From Octopus vulgaris (Eukaryota), in the NCBI GenBank assembly GCA_951406725.2, contig OX597820.1:83452001-83516000 (forward strand): 64,000 nucleotides of DNA. The letters run 5' to 3'. How positions within the stretch are numbered: the stretch's first letter is position 1; the number at the start of each line of letters is the position of its first letter. The notes under the pieces are model-generated. The model was not told the origin of the DNA. It saw only the letters and a list, made by a program, of their open reading frames with translations, and searched no databases. Shown piece by piece: positions 1 to 13,444 of this stretch. The translations under genes and the position numbers were made by a program.

Positions 1-720
1 GAACGAATTATGTTACTGTTAAAATGGAAGTCAGAAAAACGAATTTAGCAAGTGTAATTGTAATAATATTAGTACTATTTTCAATAATCTTATCTAGGTG
101 TAACACATTAAACATTAATACAGTAATAAGGAATTGTATCAGTGAGACATCTGATGTAAATTGAAATAAATAGCAAGGGCATACATTAAAAACAACACTA
201 CACCGCAATGATTTCACATATTGGATGTAGAAAATCGTAGTTTACCTGTCACATGCTGGATTGTTACTTATTCTGTCGATGAGTGGATTCCAGCCCAAAA
301 TGAATTTAGAAAATAAATATCAATAATCAAATCATCTTTTGGTCTCCTTAACGAAACCCCTAATATTCTAACTGTGTTTACACGTTTCATAAAGACATAA
401 ATATTAACAATCCTGCGATTCGTAGTTCTTCCAAATATTTTCTGCTTTGATAAAACGTCCATAAAATCAAGAAAATTAGAACTCATATACATCCTCCATC
501 GACATCATATCTGAATGCAAAATCTGAACAATCAACGTGTTATTTAACGTATTTTATGATATTTTTGATAAATTCTTAAAAAAATATAAGCAATAAATCT
601 TTTTCGTAAAAATATCTTTAAATCCGGCATAGAAACATTTTGCTCATTCTGCAAAGATGTGAGTAAGACATTAAAACGTAGCTGCTTCTTTTTTTTAAGT
701 CCAGGTTTTAAGGTGTGCTC
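1..720 (-). mobile_element. Possible heavily degraded Penelope-like element fragment (RT thumb to endonuclease linker)
   Basis: Minus-strand peptides 'FLDFMDV', 'DDLIIDIYF' and a Cys-containing stretch loosely resemble the PLE LxFLDV / ITDIYxK / Cys-linker motifs. Many stops are present. Confidence 0.3.
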
Positions 721-845
721 ATAAGGTTATTCTACAAGCCTTTAGAACGTAACGTGAATTCAGGTTGTCTGTTACGATATAAGTAAAATGTGGTTGTGGC
801 GAATTGTGAAACAATACATACTCCACACTCAAACACGCATACTTT

Positions 846-1020
<175 letters not shown>

Positions 1021-1103
1021 AATAATAAAAGGGTGTCTAGGATAACTCATATCAGACGGGTATGTTCGATTTTTAGTACTCTCAAATTTAAACCTAACCA
1101 AAT

Positions 1104-1187
1104 CTTGGGCTGATGAGGGAAATGTTGATAGGAGTATGTATTTCTAGCATCTCTATATCTAACTAATCCAGAAACAGCGTTCTCAAG
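1104..1187 (+). ncRNA. Type I hammerhead ribozyme motif, copy 1
   Basis: Stem I CUUGGG(1104)/CUCAAG(1182) with one G-U pair. Core CUGAUGA 1110-1116, long imperfect stem II closed by GGA/UCC, GAAA 1171-1174, short stem III AC-agc-GU. Predicted GUU cleavage after 1181. Confidence 0.7.
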
Positions 1188-1686
1188 TAATCGATATACG
1201 TGTGATCTTTCGTTATTTTTCCCTCTATACCTACGTGAATTATTTCTGAATATACATTGTCTGGGAGATTTTTCTTATAGTAGAGGAAAGAGCTAAATTT
1301 TTGGGCTGCTATTTCTAAAAGTTCGGTATGTGGTAAAGTAAATTTTTTTACTGAACCCTAATTATATAACGTAATGTTTTGAATATACCGTAAATGGTAT
1401 TTTTAAATACTGAACACTACTTGGTAAAATTATTAATTAATAATTAATTAATTTTACCCTTTTATTATTGACAATATAATTCTCTCTCCCTGATAATAAA
1501 CTACAGATCCCTCTGTAGCGATTTGTTGCTCTATAACTTACGTGGGTGGACGGGGATGGATACAAAGCCTCTTTCGTACTTTTTGAATTCGTTAGTACTG
1601 GCGGTCGAAGATGATTTGTCTAGGATTACTCATATCAGACGGGTATGTTCGATTTTTAGTGCTCTCAAATTTAAACCTAACGAAAT

Positions 1687-1770
1687 CTTGGGCTGATGAG
1701 GGAAATGTTGATAGGAGTATGTATTTCTAGCATCTCTATATCTAGCTAATCCAGAAACGGCGTTCTCAAG
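1687..1770 (+). ncRNA. Type I hammerhead ribozyme motif, copy 2
   Basis: Same fold as copy 1: CUGAUGA 1693-1699, GAAA 1754-1757, predicted cleavage after 1764, stem I CUUGGG/CUCAAG. Confidence 0.7.
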
Positions 1771-1961
1771 TAATCGATGTACGTGTGATCTTTCGTTATT
1801 TTTCCCTCTATACCTACGTGAATTATTTTTGAGTATACATTGTCTGAGCTAAATTTTTTGGGTGCTATTTCTAAAAGTTCGGTGTGTGGTAAAGTACATT
1901 TTTTTTACTGAACCCTAATTATATAGCGTAATATAAAAAGAATATATATATATATATATAA

Positions 1962-2006
<45 letters not shown>

Positions 2007-2149
2007 GAAGGAGAGAGAGAGAGAGAGAGAGCACGTGTGTTTGAAAAGGTTAATCAAAGTGCTGATACACGAAAGGTTAGTAATATCGGGGTAAAAGATT
2101 TAACTTTTATCTTTTAAATAATTGTCTAAAAACATCCCCTTTATACTTT

Positions 2150-3000
2150 ATATTGCTGCTGATTAGATCTTTTGTCTTGAATAGCCGTGTTGTGTCGTAC
2201 CGCGTTAACCGTTTCGTTACGTTCAAGCAATTCGTAATGGATAATCCCTTCCCAGCACAACATCGTCTTACGCAGGTGAAGATCTTGTTTTCCGCCCAGT
2301 GTCGCATGTTTACCGGGTCTAAGCCATTCCTTTCGCTGCTTCATATTGATGTACAGGTACATTTTCCGTCGCCAGTAACGATTTGGTAAAGAAATCGCTG
2401 CTTATATCCATGAGTTCAGCGGTGACGAACAAGCAAACCAGTGGAGATTATGGCTCGTCGATTCTTGTTGTTGTCACTTAAAGCATGCGGAACTCATGCA
2501 CCATACTTCTGAACCTTTCCCATCGAGTGAAGATTCTTCTCTATAGTAGTGTGGGAGCATTCCATTTTCTCTGTCAGTTCCTTTGTCGTTTGACGAGAAT
2601 TTTCGTGCAAAAAAGTTGGTTCAATCGTTCTTCATCGAACTCAACTGGACGGCCAGAACGAGGTGCTCCTTTGACTTGGCATACCAATCACGGGCGGTTC
2701 TTTAAGCTATGGCACCCTCTATATACACAGCACATATGTCGCGAGCAGCTTTTCCGGCGTTCTTAGAAACTTGATTAAAAGCAAAAAGATGGAGGTGTCG
2801 AAAATGCTCGTTTTCCTTAACTTGACATTCCATTTTAATGATCTGCAAATAAACAAAGATTAACTAAAATCAACTAAAAAAAATAGATTCCAAAATTATT
2901 CAAAAATATTATTCTCGAAAAAACTTGATCCCGAAATTTTATAGCGCAATAAATTCCAAAATAAAAAAAACGCGACGGGTACTTATTTTCCATCCCAATA
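2150..3000 (-). mobile_element. Mariner transposon, 5' two-thirds, degraded
   Basis: TIR-like end TATTGGGATGGAAAATAAG at 3000 on the minus strand. Remnant peptides ENEHFRHL..FAFNQ, IVTGD and KTMLC..WEGIIHYELL. Frameshifted and lacking the 3' end. Confidence 0.85.
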
Positions 3001-3166
<166 letters not shown>

Positions 3167-5357
3167 TAACAGAATCTATAGCATGTCGGTCAAAGAACCT
3201 CGGAATCTCATAAATTCGTCAAGAAACAGACCGAGAGCTATTAGCGTACTTGTCATGAATGCTTTTTCATTCACGCACTACTTTCGCACACATTCGCCTA
3301 TGAAACGCAACGATAAACTATTGGGGCAGTAGGAGCTGTATGTATGCAAACATGTGGTTCCTTTTGGGGTCATCTTGCTCCTTCATATCGACGCTATTTG
3401 GATGATAAACGGCTTGTGAAAGAGCAATGCACGAACACAGCGATAGATTTAGCATTTTAATCCACGCCTACAATGAAGTTCAGCATCTTGCACTTTATGA
3501 CCATTATATTTATCATGATAGTGTGACTCAATCTGCACGATCTTTTGCGTAGTTATAGACCGCTTACGAACATTTTGTGTAAGGTCAGGAACTGTATGAT
3601 GCTCTTTATTTAGTACGATTATCAAGAACTTATTCACTTAAAATATGAATTCGCATGCCTAACATCATCAACATATTTAAAATTACTAATCGACATCACA
3701 TAAACACAAATAGGAGAGCTTCAGTACTTAAGTAGCACGATTTTGTAGCAAGTCAATGTATAGTGAAACACGCTTCTATATGAATTTATTACGTATTAGA
3801 TATTTAAGCTGGAAATGTTTGCTTTGCGTATGTACACTGATTGTAGTGACTGTCTGAAAAAATTAGAATAAATCAAATGACATTAATCGCGAAAAAAATT
3901 CACAAGTAGTCAAAGAAGCACTTACAAAACTCAGTTTCGAAAGTAGATGGAGTTGTTATAACGAGGATTGAAAAAAACCTTCCCTCCTAGAAATTGAAGG
4001 ATTTCGTAAAGACAATGAAAGCAATCGAATCATGTGATAAGTTGTCGAAATTCCAATGAATAATTATAAATTATATTCAAATATACGCCAATCTCAAGCC
4101 AGTTATCCCTATTCAAAATATAAATGATATGATCGTTGTTGAGAGGACAATTTCTGTATTGGGAAACGATTTAGCTTGGGTCTGAATCAAGAGAATAAAT
4201 TGTTATGAATGTTGCCATTGAGCCAAATGTAAATGAATATACTACATAAAATATTAACCCAGCCGAGTAAATTGACGCCAAATCACACAGAGAATTTTAG
4301 GTATTAATAACAGATTATTTTGAATTGTTTATCACTTAAGATATGGAATGAAAATGTAACTGACAAGAATTTCGGGATTGGAGCTCTAAAAAACACCCCA
4401 TAATATGTAAAGCCTTGGAAATTAAAACAGTGCATCAAATATATACCGAAAACTTTCAAGTGTTACACATACACAGTAAAGAAAACCATTGCAAATCATG
4501 AAATGTAAACTTCTTTTAAAAAATTGCAAAAAACGAAAGGAAAAGTATCATAATGAAAACAGACGGATTACTCCTGGCACTGCAGTGAATGCACACATTG
4601 AAGATAAAACTACTGAATGTATATTAAAAATAAATTTAAAGTGAACCGTTCTTGCTACTTTGAAATCAACGAAAGGAAATGCTTGTAGCGAGAGCTGAAA
4701 TAACTATACAAAACCTAAAATTACCGAAAGCTTAATAGTCAATCAATTCACTAAGTTTGATACCTCATGCCACTACAAAAATAACTGAAAATTTATATTG
4801 AATAAATACCATCAGTGGAATAGCAACGTCTATTGAAATATTTAATAACCGGATTGCTTTCAATCAATTTAAACGCCAGCCATCGCTAAATTCGCCTATA
4901 GACAGCTCATGAAATATGTATCATTTAGCAGACGACATGTCGATGGAAAATATCAATAAAGATATCAAGAGCTCAGTCATTAAATACACTATAACATTTC
5001 AGTGAAATTTTTCCATTTAACATTTTAGAGAGAGTATACACATACATACACACGAATATATATATTCGAAATTACATAATTCCACACACCGCACACACAC
5101 ACACACACACACACACCTACAAACACACATGAACTGACGTGTGCTGTGCACGTATGTGTATGTGTGAATATCACATTGTATGGATTGCTTTCTCTCTGTC
5201 TTTATTTATACACACACATATAAATACACACACACGCATATATATATATATATACAAATATATACACATGCATGTATAATTTTAAGTATAGTGTAGAGAT
5301 ATGTCCGCAATTATATTATTCACTGTGAGCGTACGTGATACTATGTATTGTACAATC

Positions 5358-5358
<1 letters not shown>

Positions 5359-5391
<33 letters not shown>

Positions 5392-5460
5392 GTATACATG
5401 CATACATATATACATATATATATATATGTATGTATGGGTATACATACATAGATATATATG

Positions 5461-5535
<75 letters not shown>

Positions 5536-5625
5536 GTATATATATATATATGTATGAATATATAGACACATACATACATGTACGATTGCATAAATGCATG
5601 TATAAATGTGTGTGTGTGTGTGTGT
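5359..5625. repeat. Compound (TA)n/(TG)n microsatellite
   Basis: Directly visible. Confidence 0.95.
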
Positions 5626-6059
5626 ATAAATAATACATACATACTTAAAACAGAGATGCTGTAAACATCAATTTATCTAATGTTGTATTGCGAAGAGGAT
5701 TCTAACTGAAATATCTATGATATGTATATGAGCCTGCATCCATTTTCAGTGGTACCTAATAAATACTTTTCACTTTATATGTGCGTATATATACATTTTC
5801 TATGTGTCAGAAGTATGACCACGTTGACCGTGGAAACACAGAAATGCTAAGAACATTTATGCAAGTGTAGGAATATATATGTATGTGGATGTATGTATGT
5901 ATGTATGTATATATGCATGTATGTGTGTATACCGGACTGAATCGTGAACACGATGGTCAAAGCGTTCAACAAAATTTAGTCAGTCTTTACGTCTTTTTCA
6001 CATATTAATCGACTTAAACACTCACTCAAACCTGCCGACCTTGCGCCAAAGGTTGAAAC

Positions 6060-6228
<169 letters not shown>

Positions 6229-7739
6229 TGTTCATTTTCATTCGAGTCTATCCTTGTATTTGCACACATGCTACCGTGCGTCACAACAAAATGGAATGTT
6301 TTCTGCACACTCTCTCTCCTACAAGCACTGAAATCTTGCTCTCAATTCCAGCATACTAAACGCAAAACAAATATTATATCAAGTGAACTCTTAAAAAGTA
6401 ATGTATTAATTTTCTGTAATGTATTAATATTATATTATTAAATTTCTGTTACACCCTTTCATAATTAATGTATTAACTTTCTGGCATACACTTTCACACT
6501 TAGAAGGACAAGTGCTTATGTTTAACAATAAATCTATCACCTCTTATGATAGGGCGCACTATGTAACTAATGCATGAACATCTCAGAAAGTATTCCACAA
6601 ATGTATGAAATGAAATGATATGATAGAAATAAAATCGTGATATTTAAAACCTAAGCACATTAAATTATTCAGAATGATTTCTACAGTAACATCGCTCAAC
6701 TGCATGTGATTTTAGATTCTTCTGAGATATTGTAATATATTTTATTACTGTCAAAGCCAGCTGCTTGATATTGCTTAGTGATGCGATGAATATAAGTTAC
6801 TGATAGTCCACCGATTTAGCAACAGTCCAATCCTCAATTATTTTCTTTCACCTTAACACTGACGAAGGTCTTTTTTCCTGAAGTACTGTGTTTTCCTATG
6901 TTTACAGCATACATGCTTAATTATTTAAGTTTTCCTATGAAATATAATTGTTGCCGACACACAAATTCTATTCCTTGGAATTTCTTTTGTCTAATATTCC
7001 GAATCTAGTGATCGTCTCGGCTACGACTTACCGTACATGTCTCAACAGCTTTCCAAGGAATTTTCAAGTGGTCTGTGACGCATTTTTGAGGCCTGTCACT
7101 CTGATTTATAGGATATAAAAATCCTTTTGTTTTTCAACTTTTCTCAACTCGTTGGGGGGACTTTGTCCACATTGTTGAAACTCCCACTCCGTATGCATAC
7201 ATATTTAATTTATTCTGTTACTTCCCCAAAACGCTCTGCTTGTCGACTGAAACCACTAGCTGGTAACTTTAGATCTTGGTTTATTTTTTTATTTATTTTT
7301 CTTTTGTGCATTTGCAATCACGAGCAGTTATAACATCCCTCTCAAAATCCTGTTCTTGATTGGCAGGAACAGCAATGATATGACACCTAGAAAGATAGAA
7401 AACTGCCTCAATGTTTGGCTGGTACTCATTTTTAGTTGGGTAGACTTCAATAATAGGAACTGAATTACTTCTCCCAAGGATACAACATGAAATCTGATCC
7501 AGAAATAGAAATCACGACCGTATAAACGTATGCTTAATAACCTATCAACTAGGCTACATGAGCTGTTATTAATTTGATATTATATACTACTCGATTAAAA
7601 CACAATTATTCAAAAATATCTGCTGCAAATCTAATGTCTTTGAAAGACATGTTTGTTTATGTATCCGTTAAAATTAACACAAAATACCTTATCTTTTCGT
7701 TATTGTTTTCCTTGCTTCAATAACTGGATGGTGGTGATG

Positions 7740-8095
7740 CTTGGACATCATTTCGAAAGGTTTTAGTCAATCAAATCAACACCAGCATTTAATTGTTAAT
7801 TGTTAAAAGCTTTGTATTTATTATATCAGTTTCTAAGTTACGGGGACATAAACAAACCAACTTCGATTGTCAAGCGGCGGCTGAGGTCAGAGCAAGCACA
7901 AAGACAAACAATGAAATAAAACACACGCAGGTACGCATATACGATGGGGTTCTTCGATTTCGGTCTACCAAATCATAGCATGAGGCTTTCGTCGGCTCGG
8001 AGCTATAATAGGAGAAGCTTGACCATGGAACCATGCACTTAGACTCAAACTGGAATTCATGTAGTCGGGAAGCAACTTTTTACCACACAGACATA
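7740..8095 (-). mobile_element. Degraded copy of the tRNA-derived CORE-like SINE (family of 57548-57968)
   Basis: Patchy reverse-complement matches such as GTTACGGGGAC.TAAAC, GTCAAGCG, TCTACCAAATC and TTTACCACACAG. Confidence 0.65.
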
Positions 8096-8517
8096 TGTGG
8101 ACCCGAAGATGACTGAATAACGAAGGCTCCATGCAGATTCGAACTCTCGATATCTATTTTATTAGACTCGCTCTGTAATCAGCTGATCTCTAGACCATTC
8201 TAATATTTTCAGAATATCAGGGAGAGGTGAAGGTATAGTTGTATATCCAAATGTTTGCAACAGTCAATATGTTTTAAGCGGCAGTTAAGTAACACGCCGA
8301 TTTGTTAAATTTGTCGCTAATTATATCTACCAGCTCGAATCTGTTCCTCAGAAAAAACAAATAAAATGTAAGTGCCAACATTGCTATTACATCTTTTTGT
8401 CGACTCTGTACTTTGGTAGAATAGATTTAATAAATCATTCTGACATGGAGAGGATCCTAGCTATAGAGGTAAGAATTATATTGCACAACTTACAAGGGCA
8501 TGGTTAAATTTATATAT

Positions 8518-8899
8518 TCTTTTATTCTTTTATTCGTTTATATGTCTTAGCCATTTTGACTGCAGTCATGCTGGAGCAACGCCTTTAGTCGAGCAAATCG
8601 ACGCCAGTACTATTCTATCAGGCTCTTTTACCGAATTGCTAGGTTACACGGAGACGTAAACGCACCACTATCGGTTGTCAAGCGCGATGTTGGGGGTACA
8701 AACTCACACACACAGACACACAAACACAAACGCACACACACGACGAGCTTCCTTCAGTTTCCGCATACCAAATCCACACACAAGGCGTTGGTAGGCCCGG
8801 AGCTATAGGAGAAGACACTTGCCCAAGGTGCTACGCAGTTTGACCTTGGGCAAGTGGTTGGTAAGCAAGCTACTTACCCAGCGGCCACTTCTGTTCCTG
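8518..8899 (-). mobile_element. tRNA-derived CORE-like SINE (octopus OR2-like)
   Basis: Reverse complement of the 57548-57968 element, including GACACTTGCCCAAGGTG and the internal (CA)n. Confidence 0.85.
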
Positions 8900-9805
8900 A
8901 TAATATAGTTATTTTAATTTTATTTTTAGGATAGATTATAAGGGAATTTCTCGTTTGCCAATTTAGCAGTAACAGAAACATTAGTTTGTTTCTGCTGTAG
9001 ATATTAACAAATTTAGCATAAATGAGAAAACAGATGTGACTTGTTTAACAACTTTTCAACAGTAAGATATAAAATTTTGAGATATAATCTGTTTTATCAT
9101 AAATCTTCCTTCGAGCCCCATGCACTGTCATATATTTCCATGTTTCATATTATTAAACATGAAGCAACTGCTTTGTAATTAATAAATATCAGGCTGTCAG
9201 AATACGTTTAATTTGAGATAATTAGTTGAAAGAATGTATCTGCGTCAACGGATTATTACGCTTCACTTATTTGCTAATAATTCGTAATGAGTAATCGTTC
9301 ATATTAGATTTATAATGGAACAAATTGTTAAATGTTAAATGGAGAAAATTCAGAATTTATATGATACTTAAAACATTAAATGATATGTTATTAATAGTTA
9401 TATGCTCTAAAGATAGAAAATGCCTACATTTTTCAGAGGAAGTTTTCCGTCAATTTAATTGGAACTAAGATTTGATTGATTCTTCCATAGACGAACATGG
9501 CATTATGAGAAAGTATAATGGCCCACATAAAACGTTAAGTTTATAGGTAATGATGCTAATCGTGTATTATCAATATCAGCTCTGAAAATAATACTACTAC
9601 TAAAAATTATTTCTAATTTATGTAGAAAGCTAGCAATTTTGAAGAAAGGAAATTCGATGATATCTTCCATTGCCATGGTAAATTATTTTATCGACACCAG
9701 AACGATGAAAAGAGAAGTTGACCGGGGCGCTTATTGAACTAACAATCAATAAAATATCCATAAGCAATTGTTTATTACTCTAAAGATTCTACCAATTAGC
9801 AGAAT

Positions 9806-9966
<161 letters not shown>

Positions 9967-9977
9967 AAATGTATTAA

Positions 9978-10977
9978 GACAAATACAAACAAGAAATCAT
10001 ACCACCTAATAAACATGAAGAAGAAGAAGAAGATGAAGAAACAACAAAAGCTATAAAAAAAATGAAATCCAAACTAAAAATAGAACAGCAAAGAACCATG
10101 ATAAAACGATGGCAAGAAAAGCCCCTTCATGGTAAATACTGGACTAAACTAAACGCAAAAGAAATAGACAAAGAAAAATCCCAGCAATGGTTGAGAAGCT
10201 CAGGACTCAAAGCAGAGACAGAGGGATTTTTAATTGCAGAACAAGACCAAAGCCTCCCCACCAGAAATTACCAAAAACATGTAATGAAAAGAAATATTAC
10301 AAGTAACTGCAGAATATTTGGAGATGGACAAGAAACAATAAATCATATTATCTCTAGCTGCCCAGTCCTGGCTAAGAAGGAATATATTCACAGACATGAC
10401 AGAGTTGGAACTTACATACATTGGAAGCTATGCCAACATTATGGAATAACAACAGAAAAAAGATGGTATAGGCACACACCAGAAAAAGGTCACAGAAAAC
10501 GAGAAAGCAACCATACTCTGGGATATGCCGATACACACAGATAGAGAAATTAAGGCCAACAGACCAGATATAGTTGTCAGAGACCATGAAGAAAAAAATG
10601 CTTTCTAATTGATGTATCAGTACCGGCAGATGACAACGTGTCTCTAAAAGAAATGGAGAAACTCTCAAAATACAAAGACCTGGAAATAGAGGTAACTAGA
10701 ATGTGGAATCTGAAAACAGAAACAATTCCTATCATAGTAGGTGCATTAGGCATGATAAAAAAATATTCAGACAAATACATAACAAAAACACCAGGACTTA
10801 CAAACACATATAACATACAGAAAATTGCACTACTGGGCACTGCACACATCCTACGCAGAACACTTTCCATACAATAACCATCAGAGAATCACAACAAATC
10901 ACAGCACATACCCAAGGCACACAGAGCTGTGCTCGGTAGTGAAGTGAAAGCACGCTATAAAAATAAAAATAAAACTA

Positions 10978-10980
<3 letters not shown>
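9978..10980 (+). mobile_element. 5'-truncated R4/Dong-clade non-LTR retrotransposon (zinc knuckle + RLE + 3' UTR), copy 1
   Basis: CRIxG..ETINHIISSC knuckle, RHD, RPDIV..LIDVS..EKLSKY restriction-like endonuclease and GALG motif. Two frameshifts. The 3' end runs into (AAT)n. Near-identical to 12068-13069. Confidence 0.93.
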
Positions 10981-11011
<31 letters not shown>

Positions 11012-11033
11012 TTAATAATAATGATAATAATAA

Positions 11034-11587
11034 ATGCCCTGATGCAGTACCGGGCAGTGGCTCTCATGGCTTCTGATCTTAACTGATTGGAAGTGTTAGC
11101 ATGTACATTGTTTTGTCTTGGTATAAAAGATGGGCTACAGAAAATATTCTGCTCAATACCACAGATTTGCTTGTCAGTTGTTTGACCTTAACCAGTTGAG
11201 CATGTCCCTTAGTGGCTGACAATACATGCATCTCTGATCACGAGCAGAAATAGTGGGGGAGCATCATAGCCATGTGTTGAGGGGGATTCTTTGGGGTTTG
11301 AATAATTCACCTTTGGAAACATGGGTGTTTCGTTCATCATCCTAAAGCAACCGTTATTCAGGGACCTTTTGAGCGGGATGGGCTACTCGACCTGAAGAAA
11401 ATTCTAACTGGGCCCCACCTGCAAGGTCATGTGCTGTTTATCTTGATATGAGATCACCATGTCGCGCACATATGGTTGTGATGCATGTGCCTGGTGTACC
11501 CTTATCAGACGGGTAGTCATGATGGGTATGCTGGGCTTTGTATATTTTACCCCAGTGTCACTTTGATGGTATGCACTGCTCTCACTC
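11034..11587 (+). mobile_element. ~550-bp non-coding element inserted in (AAT)n, copy 1
   Basis: Near-identical to 41965-42493. Both copies have (AAT)n on both sides and the same 3' junction CTCACTC|AATAAT. No ORF. Confidence 0.85.
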
Positions 11588-11618
<31 letters not shown>

Positions 11619-11625
<7 letters not shown>

Positions 11626-13066
11626 CTTAGGAATCCATGAACTAGATAAGACACAACACACACAAATGAAAGAGAAAATAAAAAAAGAATATTATAGACG
11701 AGTTAGATCAATACTAAACACAGAGCTCAATGCTAAAAACAAGATAATAGGTATCAACACTTTAGCTGTCCCAGTTATAAGTTACAGCTACAATATCCTT
11801 AACTGGACACGAAATGAACTGACCAAAATAGATAGGAAAACAAGAAAAATAATGACAGGATCTAGGATGCATCACCCAAAATCTGACATAGAAAGACTAT
11901 ATATACAACGTATGGAAGGTGGTAGAGGCCTTATACAACTGGAAAACTACTATAAAATAACCACCATAGGACTGCAAAAATATCTACTTCAGAAGGAAGG
12001 AAAACTGATCCAGATAGCGGCAAAACACGAGCAAAACAAAAAACTGTTCTCAGTATTTAAGGAAGCTGACAAATACAAACAAGAAATCATACCACCTAAT
12101 AAACATGAAGAAGAAGAAGAAGATGAAGAAACAACAAAAGCTATAAAACAAATGAAATCCAAACTAAAAACAGAACAGCAACGAACCATGATAAAACGAT
12201 GGCAAGAAAAGCCCCTTCATGGTAAATACTGCACTAAACTAAACGCAAAAGAAATAGACAAAGAAAAATCCCAGCAATGGTTGAGAAGCTCAGGACTCAA
12301 AGCAGAAACAGAGGGATTTTTAATTGCAGCACAAGACCAAAGCCTCCCCACCAGAAATTACCAAAAACATGTAATGAAAAGAAATATTACAAGTAACTGC
12401 AGAATATGTGGAGATGGACAAGAAACAATAAATCATATTATCTCTAGCTGCCCAGTCCTGGCTAAGAAGGAATATATTCACAGACATGACAGAGTTGGAA
12501 CCTACATACATTGGAAGCTATGCCAACATTATGGAATAACAACAGAAAAAAGATGGTATAGGCACACACCAGAAAAGGTCACAGAAAACGAGAAAGCAAC
12601 CATACTCTGGGATATGCCGATACACACAGATAGAGAAATTAAGGCCAACAGACCAGATATAGTTGTCAGAGATCATGAAGAAAAAAATGCTTTTTAATTG
12701 ATGTATCAATACCGGCAGATGACAACGTGTCTCTAAAAGAAATGGAGAAACTCTCAAAATACAAAGACCTGGAAATAGAGGTAACTAGAATGTGGAATCT
12801 GAAAACAGAAACAATTCCTATCATAGTAGGTGCATTAGGCATGATAAAAAAATATTCAGACAAATACATAACAAAAACACCAGGACTTACAAACACATAT
12901 AACATACAGAAAATTGCACTACTAGGCACTGCCCACATCCTACGCAGAACACTTTCCATACAATAACCATCAGAGCATCACAACAAATCACAGCACATAC
13001 CCAAGGCACACAGAGCTGCGCTCGGTAGTGAAGTGAAAGCACGCTATAAAAATAAAAATAAAACTA

Positions 13067-13069
<3 letters not shown>
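11619..13069 (+). mobile_element. 5'-truncated R4/Dong-clade non-LTR retrotransposon, copy 2
   Basis: Starts at the RT motif KYLG, followed by GGRGL, a CCHC knuckle (CRICG..ETINHIISSC), RHD and the PD..D RLE motif. Flanked by (AAT)n at both ends, consistent with the known TAA-repeat targeting of Dong. Confidence 0.95.
11666..12966 (+). pseudogene. C-terminal part of R4/Dong polyprotein (RT thumb, zinc knuckle, RLE), split by one frameshift near 12685
   Basis: ORFs 11666-12697 and 12727-12966 join through EEKK/CFLIDVSIP if one A is added to the A7 run. Confidence 0.9.
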
Positions 13070-13100
<31 letters not shown>

Positions 13101-13124
13101 CTTCTACTATTACTAATAATAATA

Positions 13125-13295
13125 ATGGTTTCAAATTTTGCCGCCAAGGCAACAGTTTTGGTGAGGAGATAAGTTGATTACATAGACCCCAGTGTTTCAT
13201 TGGAACTTAATTTATCGACTCCGTCAGAATGAAAGGCAAGTTCGACGGAATTTAACCTCAGAAGTACTGCTAAGCATTTCACTTCTCACTGCCTT
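13125..13295 (-). mobile_element. SINE fragment (family of 37538-37775)
   Basis: GACCCCAGTG..TTAATTTATCGAC..GAATGAAAGGCAAG is the reverse complement of the family core. Confidence 0.7.
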
Positions 13296-13297
13296 GG

Positions 13298-13441
<144 letters not shown>

Positions 13442-13444
13442 TGT

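Larger units (their letters stand above)
1034..1932 (+). mobile_element. Partial tandem direct repeat (583-bp period) with a hammerhead ribozyme in each copy; PLE pseudo-LTR or retrozyme-like element
   Basis: 1034-1375 is repeated at 1617-1932 with high identity, and copy 2 lacks ~25 bp. Each copy has CTGATGA...GAAAC. (TA)n flanks the unit on both sides. Confidence 0.8.

Noticed and set aside
1050-1062. 13-mer TATCAGACGGGTA shared between the HHR tandem repeat and the 550-bp TAA element (~11503, ~42407)
   Set aside because: The similarity does not extend on either side, so it cannot be distinguished from chance.
1034-1932. LTR retrotransposon or TRIM with two LTRs
   Set aside because: No TG...CA termini, PBS or polypurine tract was recognised. 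The HHR points to a pLTR or retrozyme instead.
3200-4950. Possible ancient transposon-derived coding remnant
   Set aside because: No motif could be read with confidence in any frame.
10230-12959. Minus-strand ORFs duplicated at 10230-10870 and 12320-12959
   Set aside because: They are antisense shadows of the two Dong copies.
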